Positions 43,248 to 53,100 of a stretch of 64,000 bases of DNA are shown in pieces. Position 1 is the stretch's first letter. The number at the start of each line of letters is the position of its first letter. A program made the position numbers and the translations under genes. Source of the DNA: Macrostomum lignano (lineage: Eukaryota); NCBI GenBank assembly GCA_002269645.1, contig NIVC01003377.1, positions 1 to 64,000 on the forward strand, given 5' to 3'. Under the pieces are notes generated by a model. It saw nothing but the letters and a program-made list of their open reading frames with translations, searched no databases and was not told the origin of the DNA.

Positions 43248-46200
43248 ATGGAGGCCCAGCCAAAGCCGAAACAGCCGCCAGTAAGTGGCGAAGAAGATAT
43301 TGAAAAGCTAAGCCTGGTCGATATTGAAGCCGCCATGAGCATGTCTGTCACTGACGCTGTGTTCACTTCTGTGCTGTCCAGCTACCCAGTGGGAGCGCAT
43401 ATTCAGTGCCGCTGTCAGGTGAGCTGCGCAGCTTCTATCTAGTGTACACATTATTTTAAATCCTTGCTGTTGGTTGCTTTTGAAGTTGGGGCGGAGTCAT
43501 ACAGTGACTGCCAAATAGATTTTGTCAGGGAGGGTCATAGTGGCTGCTAAATAGATTTAGTCAGGGAGGGTCATACTGACTGCCAAATAGATTTTGTCAG
43601 GGAGGGTCATAGTGGCTGCTAAATAGATTTAGTCAGGGAGGGTCATAGTGGCTGCCAAATAGATTTAGTCAGGGAGGGTCATAGTGGCTGCCAAATAGAT
43701 TTAGTCAGGGAGGGTCATAGTGGCTGCCAAATAGATTTAGTCAGGGAGGGTCATAGTGACTGCCAAATAGATTTAGTCAGGGAGGGTCATAGTGGCTGCC
43801 AAATAGATTTAGTCAGGGAGGGTCATAGTGACTGCCAAATAGATTTAGTCAGGGAGGGTCATAGTGACTGCCAAATAGATTTAGTCAGGGAGGGTCATAG
43901 TGGCTGCCAAATAGATTTAGTCAGGGAGGGTCATAGTGACTGCCAAATAGATTTAGTCAGGGAGGGTCATAGTGACTGCCAAATAGATTTAGTCAGGGAG
44001 GGTCATAGTGGCAAGCTCATAAAAACTTCATTGTGGTGCTGGCTGTCAGGCGTTGGTCATGCTCCAGATTTCCAATGGTCTCCTGTTCGAATCCCGCAGG
44101 TGAGCGACCCGGCCGACCTGTCCGAGGGCTGCTGGGTCGGCCTCTTCAAAGTCGGGTGGGCCAGCGCCGAGGCCGACTGTGTCTGCCGGGCCGAGTGCCG
44201 GCGCGAGTCCGAGCGGGTGCTGGCGGCCGTCTTCAGCCCCGGCCAGCTGCCCCGCGACACCCGCGAGTTCTACCAATTCTGCTTCGCCGCTCCCGGCGGC
44301 CTCGTCAAGGGCGCCAGCCCGCCATTCCTGTTCCGTGCCGCCCCCGCCGACGATTTTGTGTCCGTTGTGGATGAGGAGCTGCAGGGCGTGGTTGTGTCTG
44401 CCAGGTGCGACTCGTAAGGCCATGGCAACCCGTCCCTAACTCAGTATTGAAACCTCCCTACCTTTAACTCCGCTCTGCAACCCGCCCCCAACCCAGCTCT
44501 GCAACCCGCTCCCAACCCAGCTCTGCAACCCGCCCCCAACCCAGCTCTGCAACCCGCCCCCAACCCAGCTCTGCAACCCGCCCCCAACCCAGCTCTGCAA
44601 CCCGCCCCCAACCCAGCTCTGCAACCCGCCCCCAACCCAGCTCTGCAACCCGCCCCCAACCCAGCTCTGCAACCCGCTCCCAACCCAGCTCTGCAACCCG
44701 CTCCCAACCCAGCTCTGCAACCCGCTCCCAACCCAGCTCTGCAACCCGCTCCCAACCCAGCTCTGCAACCCGCTCCCAACCCAGCTCTGCAACCCGCTCC
44801 CAACCCAGCTCTGCAACCCGCTCCCAACCCAGCTCTGCAACCCGCCCCCAACCCAGCTCTGCAACCCGCCCCCAACCCAGCTCTGCAACCCGCCCCCAAC
44901 ACAGCTCTGCAACCCGCCCCCAACCCAGCTCTGCAACCCGCCCCAACCCAGCTCTGCAATCCGCCCCAACCCAGCTCTGCAATCCGCCCCAACCCAGCTC
45001 TGCAACCCGCTCCCAACCCAGCTCTGCAATCCGCCCCAACCCAGCTCTGCAACCCGCCCCAACCCAGCTCTGCAATCCGCCCCAACCCAGCTCTGCAATC
45101 CGCCCCAACCCAGCTCTGCAACCCGCTCCCAACCCAGCTCTGCAATCCGCCCCAACCCAGCTCTGCAATCCGCCCCCACCCAGCTCTGCAACCCGCCCCA
45201 ACCCAGCTCTGCAATCCGCCCCCAACCCAGCTCTGCAACCCGCCCCAACCCAGCTCTGCAATCCGCCCCAACCCAGCTCTGCAACCCGCCCCCAACCCAG
45301 CTCTGCAACTCAGCATTGCCGCTCCCATTCACCCCCCCCCCAGGACGGCCCAGCTGGAGGGCCAGCTGGCTTCGATGCGGCTGGAGCAGGAAGCGCAGCG
45401 CTCGGCAGCCGAGGACGCCGCCGAACGACTACGGGCCGAGCTGTCCGAACTGTCCGAGCGACTGTCCGCCGCGGAGTCTCGCGCCGCCAACTCCAAGTCC
45501 GAGTCGTGCCGACTGCGCGCCGAACTTGGGCGCCAGGATGAGTGGCGCCAGGTGCAGGCGGCGCGCCTAATCGAGGCGGAGGACGAGAAGCAGCGCCTAC
45601 TGCGCCGGCTGGAGGAGGTGGCGCGGGACGCCGAGACGGCCGGAGATCAGGCTGACGCGGCCCGCCAGTCGCTGGAGCTGCACGCGGCGGAGCGGCAGCG
45701 GTTGGCCGAGGAGCTGCAGGCCGCGCGGCTGGAGTCGGAGCGGCTGTCCGGCCAGCTGCAGGCGGTCAGCGGCCAGCTGGAGGCCGCCCAGCAGCGCGAG
45801 CGGCGGGTGGCCGACCAGCTGACTGAGGTGAGCGGGCGGGCTGGATATCCCAGTGTCCGAGATTAACATCTCACTTTCCGACTCTGAAATCTCACGGTCT
45901 GATTCTGACATCGCAATGTCCCCTGTTCCCGCAGACTCAGGCAGCTGCGGAGACGGCACAGTCGACTGCAGCCGCGCAGCTGGAAGCTCAGCGGGCCCAG
46001 CAGCAGCAGGAGCTCCAGCTGATGCAGGCCGAGCTGCAGCAGCGCCATGCGGCTGAGCAGCAGAAGCTGCAGCAGCAGCTGCAAGTGGCCGAGGCCCAGT
46101 CCGCTCAGCTGCTCGCCGAGCTGCAGCAGCTGCGCCAGCAGCGCCAGGCCTCTCCGGAGGAGCTGCAGGCCCAGCAGGCCCGCTACTGCAGCCTGCTGAC

Positions 46201-46946
46201 CGCCTACGAGGGCGTGAAGAAGCAGTTCCACTCCGCCGAGGACCGGGAGCGAATCGTGAAGCTCAAGTACGACGAGGTGATCGAGTGCAACAGACAGATG
46301 CTGGCCCGAGAAGACCGCCTGCATCAGACCACTCAGGAGTTCAAGGACAGACTGCAGGAGGTAAGTCTGTGGACGCCGTCCTCCCAGATCCTCAGTCGCT
46401 GGGCCACCACCCTCCCAGATCCTCAGTGGCTGGGCCAGCCTTCCAGATCTTCAGTCGCTGGGCCATCGCCCTCCCAGATCCTCAGTGGCTGGACCAGCCT
46501 CCCAGATTCTCAGTTGCTGGGCCAGCCAGCCTCCCAGATCCTCAGTTGCTGGGCCACCACCCTCCCAGATCCCCAGTTGCTAAGCCACCACCCCAGATCC
46601 CCAGATTAAAGCACAGCCGCCCCGCGCACCGCAGGGCTGCAAGGAGTACAAGCGGCTGATGAAGAAGTACAAGGAGGCTCAGCACCAGCTGCAGCGGCAG
46701 CAGCAGGCCGAGCCAGCCGAGGAGTTCCACGACGCGATCGGTGGCGACGACGAGACCGAGGAGGACGGCACCGGGACGGTCATCCACCGGCCGCCGCCAG
46801 TGGAGGTGCCGCTGACTGCCCTGACCGCCGCTGCCCCGGTTGCCGAGCTTGCCAGAGTGTGTCCGGTCTGCGATGTGACCGACTTCGCTAGCCAGACCGA
46901 CTACGAGGAGCACGTGCACAGCCACTTTGGCGAGGCGGACGACTGA
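43248..46946 (+). CDS. TAX1BP1/CALCOCO2(NDP52)-family autophagy receptor: SKICH, coiled coil and one C-terminal UBZ, 565 aa; exons 43248-43418, 44100-44404, 45344-45827, 45935-46360, 46635-46946
   Basis: SKICH: AVFTSVLSSYPVGAHIQC|..WVGLFKVGW..EFYQFCF..GLVKGASPPFLFR. A long Q/E-rich coiled coil follows. UBZ: CPVC..FASQTDYEEHVHSHF. All GT/AG phases are consistent; 1698 nt. Orthology within the CALCOCO family is unresolved. Confidence 0.9.
43495..44011. repeat. 36-bp minisatellite (CAGGGAGGGTCATAGTGGCTGCCAAATAGATTTAGT)n, intron 1 of the SKICH gene
   Basis: About 14 copies. Confidence 0.95.
44472..45310. repeat. 24/23-bp minisatellite (AACCCAGCTCTGCAACCCGCCCCC)n, intron 2 of the SKICH gene
   Basis: About 35 copies. 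Confidence 0.96.
46376..46606. repeat. ~30-bp minisatellite (CCTCCCAGATCCTCAGTCGCTGGGCCA..)n, intron 4 of the SKICH gene
   Basis: About 7 diverged copies. Confidence 0.88.
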
Positions 46947-48950
46947 CTATTTGTTGGGGACGGCTGACTGGTGATTTCATGTAAATACGCGCGTCCCAAA
47001 TCCCTGAATTGAAAAAATAAGACAAAAGATTTTGCAGAGCGCAGATCGGCACATCTTTTTCCATCGTCACTTCTTTCGGTTTTTAAGCAATTTTTTGGTA
47101 AAATTCGCATACTAACTACTATTCAGTTTTATTTCAGTAGCTAATCGTGAGTATTTAACCCGTGATAAATATAATTTTATTTGTTTACTTAACTGTTTTA
47201 TCATAGCAGCATGTTGACAAGATTACTGATTCAATCGGAAAACCTGCTTTAGTTTTTATGCACCAGCGGGGGTTTTCTTTTCGACCTCTGTCTTTTGTGT
47301 CACTGATTTGAATGTTGTAAAAATTGCCGATATGTATAGAAAGTAATATTTGTGATGGTAAGAATAACGAGTAAAAGTGTGTCCCTTTGGTTTATTTTTT
47401 TCGAGCTCTCCTTTCTGTTGTACAAATGCGTCATTATCCAGCTAACACACAGTTCCTGTGTATTTACGTAATAATTTTATTTCGTTTCGTTGATTTTTTG
47501 TATATTTGCAATTGCAACGCCTCTGTCGTCATTTCAATTTTCATTATAATTTTTTGATTGCTGCAACAAAAAAATATAAAATTTCAAACAAAAATTATCG
47601 CATTTCCTCATTCTTAATCAAGACAAACAAGAGAATCGATTTCCCAGTTAAATATTACCAACCTACTAAACAGTCGCCCACATACAATTCCTGCCTAAAC
47701 ACAATATTCTACTTTATTAATTTTCACCTCACTATTCTACTAACAGTAAAATTTATTACTGAAAAAGCTTGCGGCTAATTTGAGTATAACTCAAATATTT
47801 CTGCAGATACTGTTTTATTTTTATAGTAATTAATAAAGAATAAAAACGAGTTCAGAATAATTCTGCTAAATAATGAAATATTTTCCTAGATTTCTTGTCG
47901 CCATGGCATAAGGAAAAACTTCGGATTTGATCCACTCGCCTCGCCTTTGTCATGTCATGTCATTTCTCGTGTGCTGGGAGTTTACTCCATAGGGTTTATT
48001 TTACAGTTTTAGTATTAACGCATATAATAGATAGTACAGTATATTAAACTCTTGCTTCTTATGGATAATTTAAGGATAAATTTTAATCAGGTTTTAGAAG
48101 CTTTCACTTTAAAGTTAATAAAGAAAGTAGAAAAGTCTTTAAAAAGAACTTGAAAAAAAATTAAAAACCACTGTTGACAGGGCATTGTCATGTTTGATTA
48201 CCCTAAAAAGGGCCGTTTTTTACACTTACAGTTAATAAATCAGATTAAAAGCTTGCAATAAACTATTAATACAATTTTGCAACTGTAAAGCAACTGTGAT
48301 TAAAGAAAATCCACTATACTAAAATGTTCTACTACTGTTAACAAGGTAATCATGTTTGGTTGCCCCTGAAAGGGCCGTTTTACAATGTGGCTTTCCTTCA
48401 GTAAAGGCCTGGCCCTAGTGGTTATAAACATTTAGAAAAATTACACGTTTCTCCTTAAAAGGATAATACTTTCAGTGGCCTAATATGTGCAATTTCAATT
48501 TTATTGAAGTGCCAGTAAGTAATTAACTTATTAGTTATTATAGCCATTAGTCATTTATGCACTTATGGTATGGTATGTTGAATCACAAATTATATCAGGT
48601 AAAGTACTCACATACAGTATTCAATTTTCACAAGTGAGAACACTTATAATTGGTCTAAACTTTATAAGAACTATACCGAGAACTGCTCAGTGCTCACCAT
48701 GATCGATGTGAGAAAGTCTAAATAAAATTGGGGCCCGAAAAGGGCCGTTTTACTCAAACTACATGTAGGCTTCCAAACAACTGTCGGTATGGAACTGCGA
48801 ATTTTAATTTACGTTACTACGGTAGATATCGATTATTTGAATTAATTTAAGTTGAATTAAGTTGTCTGTCTTAATTATTTTTTAAGACGATTTTTTAATC
48901 ATAATTTTTTTTAAATTGCTAAGTGCTAATACTACGGCAAATGTTATCAA

Positions 48951-49136
48951 GAGGAAATGGAAGGCGAAAGAAGGAAGAAGAATTAGACCGAAAGGGGAGG
49001 GAGGATGACCTAAAACTGAAAGAATACACCGGATGGACAATGGAGAGGCAAAGAAGAGCAGCGAAGGACAGATAGCGGTGGCGGAAGCTGGTGCATGAAT
49101 GCGTGCGCCCATGGGCACGGTTATGACGGCCAAGGT
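48951..49136 (+). mobile_element. RTE-clade LINE ORF2 3' remnant
   Basis: Degenerate EEMEGERR..., then KEYTGWTMERQRRAAKDR*RWRKLVHECVRP..*. This resembles the RTE C-terminal pattern G.R.RGRP..W...A.DR..WR. Confidence 0.65.
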
Positions 49137-49499
49137 AAATAGAATGCTACGAGTAACGCACAACGAAGAAACATTAAAAACAAGGTGTCTGTAATACTGT
49201 AATTAAAACTGTCTAAGTCCAATTTTAGTTGACTCTTAAGATTTAGTATATACAAGCTGTTGAAACCCGCGGATTTTGAACCCGGGGAATTCCAATCCCC
49301 GGAACTATTTTTGCATGTATTCTGAAATCTAAGGCCATACACAAACAAAAACTTGTTAATAGTTAGTAGGATAGAGGTAGACATAAAATGGAGCACATTC
49401 GTGTAAAATTAGGGTTTGAGACATTGTTGGCTGGGGTACTGCGCAGAATGTCAGGCAATGTCTGTCTGACTCTAAAACATATATTGCTAAACTCTGGTC

Positions 49500-50016
49500 T
49501 CTCCCTGACTCTCCCTACGTCCCTTGGATCCTTTAAAATTTCTATCGTCTCTTTGTTTCCTCTCATCTCTCTCGTCCCTCGTCTCTCCTCTCTCCTTTCT
49601 CCCCTCTTCTCTCGTATCTTCCCTCATCTCTCTTCTCTTTCATCTCTCTTATCTCATCTCTTGTCTCTTCTTTTCTCTCTCCTCTCCTCTCTCCTCTCTA
49701 CTTTTTCGTTTTCTCTCTCCTCTCTCCTCTCTCCCCTCTCCTCTCTCCTCTCACCCCCTCTTCTCTCTGATCTTCCTTCTCCTTTCTATTCTTTTCTCTC
49801 TTCTCTTAACTCTCTCCTCTAATCTCTCATCTCTCCCCTCTTCTCTCGTCTCTTCCCTCACCTCTTTTCTCTCTCTCGTCTTTGCTCTCTCATCTTTCCT
49901 TTCTCTTCTTTGATCTTTTCTCTCTTATCTCTTCTCATTTCTCTCTGCTCCCCCTTCTCTCTCTCTCTATCTCTCTCTCTCTCTCTCTCTCTTCTCTGTC
50001 TCTCTCTCTTATCTCT

Positions 50017-50085
<69 letters not shown>

Positions 50086-50108
50086 GTTTTTCTCTCTTAT
50101 CTCTCCTC
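49500..50108. repeat. CT-rich array/(CT)n microsatellite, left flank of the palindrome
   Basis: Pyrimidine-only tract, homologous in direct orientation to 59120-59700. Confidence 0.92.
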
Positions 50109-53100
50109 ACTACTAAGGGATTCCGTAAGGCTTGATTTTGGAGGTGGGGTGGGTGTCAACCCTCCTCGCCTCTCATTGGCTGGCGCCCCGATCACTAGGT
50201 GATCGATACCCGTATCGATATCGGCGACTCGAACCCGCGACCCTCCCCAGCCGCAGGCGCACCTACCGATATTAGATCCCAATAAATCAATCAGATCCCA
50301 AATCAATCAGATCCCAAGCGCACCCTCCCGAGCCGCAGGCGCCCATGCAGCAGGCGCCCATGCCGCAGGCACCCCGAGTGTACACTCTCCCGATATGTGT
50401 GTACACCGATATGTAGTCATCGATACGGGCCTCTTCCCCTCTCTCACCTACATCTCAACTAGCGAAATCGAACCCAGGTCGCGCCCATACTAGGACACTA
50501 CACGGTTGTGGGGTATAGGGAGCGAGAAGTTTCAACCCTAACGCTGACGCAGCCCTGTACAGTGAGAGTGTACGGGCAGAGAGGGGTGGGGCGGACAGAG
50601 AACCAGCCACTAGGTTGTTATACTGTTGAAGCATAGGGAGCGAGAAGTTTTAACCCCGATGCTGACGCAGCCCTGTACACTGAGCGTGTACGGGCAGAGG
50701 GTGGGTGGAAAGAGATGTGAATAACACAGCCTGCTGCAGGAGCCGGATAGAGAGGCGCATGCTAGGACAGAGAGGTAGTGTGAGTCACACACACCCCACA
50801 GAGAAAGCCATACAGAGGATAGAGAGCTCCCTCCCCAGTTGCAGGGGACAGAGAGGCAGGCAGGGTATGCAGGGGCATGCGAACCGTCAAGGGGCCACGC
50901 GAGGATAGAGTGGAGGAGCAGAGATGTGTTTGGACAGAGAGCCAGCCACGTGTGCGTAGTGTGAGGGAACAGAAACATATGGAGCAGGAGGGAGATAGGA
51001 AGCAAACGCGCAGGGTAAGGGAGCCATGCAGCAGGGAGCAGTGTACAGTGAGACACGGGCAGGGGTGGAGCCGTGCGTGGACAGAGCTGAACGGCACGGT
51101 CAGCTGCAGGAATAGGATGATAGAGAGGCGCGGAGGGGGACAGAGAGCAGTGTGCAGGGTAGGCAGCCACGCAGGCTGGGGAACAGAGAGGCGCGTGTCA
51201 GCCAGTTACAGCCCGGGACAGAGAAGTATGAAGGGGGGCCTGGGACAGAGAAGTATGAAGGGGGGCCTGGGACAGAGTTGCGAGCAAGGCACAGAGAGAG
51301 GTAGGGTCCGGTAGCTATGTATAGGCAGGGACCCACGCGAGGGCAGGACAGGGCATGCAAGGCATGCAAATTACATGCAAGGGCAGTGAGGTGTGCGCGG
51401 AGGGAGACAGAGAGCAGTGTGTAGGGGTAGGTAACAGCAAACTTTAGTAGCGGCGCGTGCGGGGACGGAGAAACCAGTCAGAGCATACAGAGACGTTACA
51501 GAGAGGTACACAAGCAGAGACCAAAGCGAGCAGAGCACATGTGTAGGGACAGAGACGTGAGGGAGAATCGACCAAAACACGCTATGTATTTTCAAAAGTT
51601 GGTTTTAGTGCAACATGTTTAATAGTGGGTAGTATAATAGTATGTACATAGTAGGTATAATAGTAGTAATAATAGTAAGCATATTAGCCCAAAAGGTAGA
51701 CTAAAACAGGCTAAACTGTGTGTACGCATCCTCATCACCCCACAAGCCCCCTCTCCCGCCAGACTCACTCTACCAAACCCTCCTGTATTGCTGCATGAAG
51801 GAAAATATAGTGTAAAAATACAGATCTTAACCGTCAGACCGCTGAAATCAGGGCACACTAGAGGGGTTTCGGGGTCTGCATGCTCTATGTAAGCTGCTTG
51901 AGGAGGTTCCAAGGGCGTTGTGAGGGTTTCCATTATGTTTTGAAAAAAACTAGAGGCTTAAATACAACGTTTTATTCAAAAGTAGGTTATTTTAATGAAA
52001 TAGCTGACACAATCATTGTCGAGAGTAGAAATTTTTATAAGAAACCAGGCATTTTAGCAAAAATAAACCTTCAAACCACATAAAATTGAATAAAAAGCAG
52101 ACATTTTCAATTATAAACCGCAAGTATTTTAATAGAAAAGTAAGCAAACAAGGCACAAAACCAGCAAATTTTACCTTTTTATTTTAATGTTACTGATAAG
52201 GTAGAGAGTAGAAACTTGTGAGCTGTACGGAGTTAGAAAGTATTAACCATTATGTATCGTATGAATTATTAGTTCAGTACCAGCCATTGGTCAAGCGAGC
52301 ATTTATGAAGTTATTACGAGTGATGAAGGGATAGAGAGCTATATACAGGAAGACAGTATCCTTCTAAACCACCACGAACAGATTGCTAATAGAGATAAGC
52401 TTTGTCTGTGTGCAGTATGAGTAAGCGAAGGCGGGGCAAATACTTTTCCACATGCCGGACAGAACAGTATTGTGCTAGGATTTCTCTCGAAATCGCGGTA
52501 CGTTACTAGTTTTTATCACACCATCCAGATGCGTCAACTAGTCAGCAGTAGTCATTTATATGTTATTAGAACTTACAAACCCAGGTCAAGTAAATATTAC
52601 AAAGAGTATATTACGTACACACGCCAACTCCGAATACCAAGCCATACTAGTCTACTTGCAGTGCTCCTGGAGGGAAGGGACGGCGGGGTGTACATCCGGC
52701 AGGGTGGGCGTCCAGCGAGTGTACATCTGACAGGATGGGTGTTCAGCAAGTGTACATCTGACAGGGTGGGCGTTCAGCAAGTGTACCTTCAGCGTCGAGT
52801 AGGTGTACACCCGTCAGTGGGAACTCAGCCCCTCCCACCAATGTCGTGTGCACGCGGTTAGTCAGTATAGTGGTGGGGTAGACGGTGCAGGAAGGAAACC
52901 CAGATGCTGACGCTGCCCTGTACAGCGAGCAACCAGCCCTCCTGTAGCAGGAGGGGGACAGAGAGTGCGTGGAGGCAGTAGGAGATAGAGGACGCTACCC
53001 GGCATGTCGCAGCACGCGGCGCGGGACAGAGAGGCAGTGTGTAAGTCACCCCCACAGGGAGAGCTGCCCTGGCAGGAGGCGCGGGACAGAGAGGCGGTGA

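Noticed and set aside
44436-45332. GAGCRAGL/GGLQSWV repeat ORFs resembling silk or elastin-like proteins
   Set aside because: Antisense read-through of the intronic 24-bp minisatellite.
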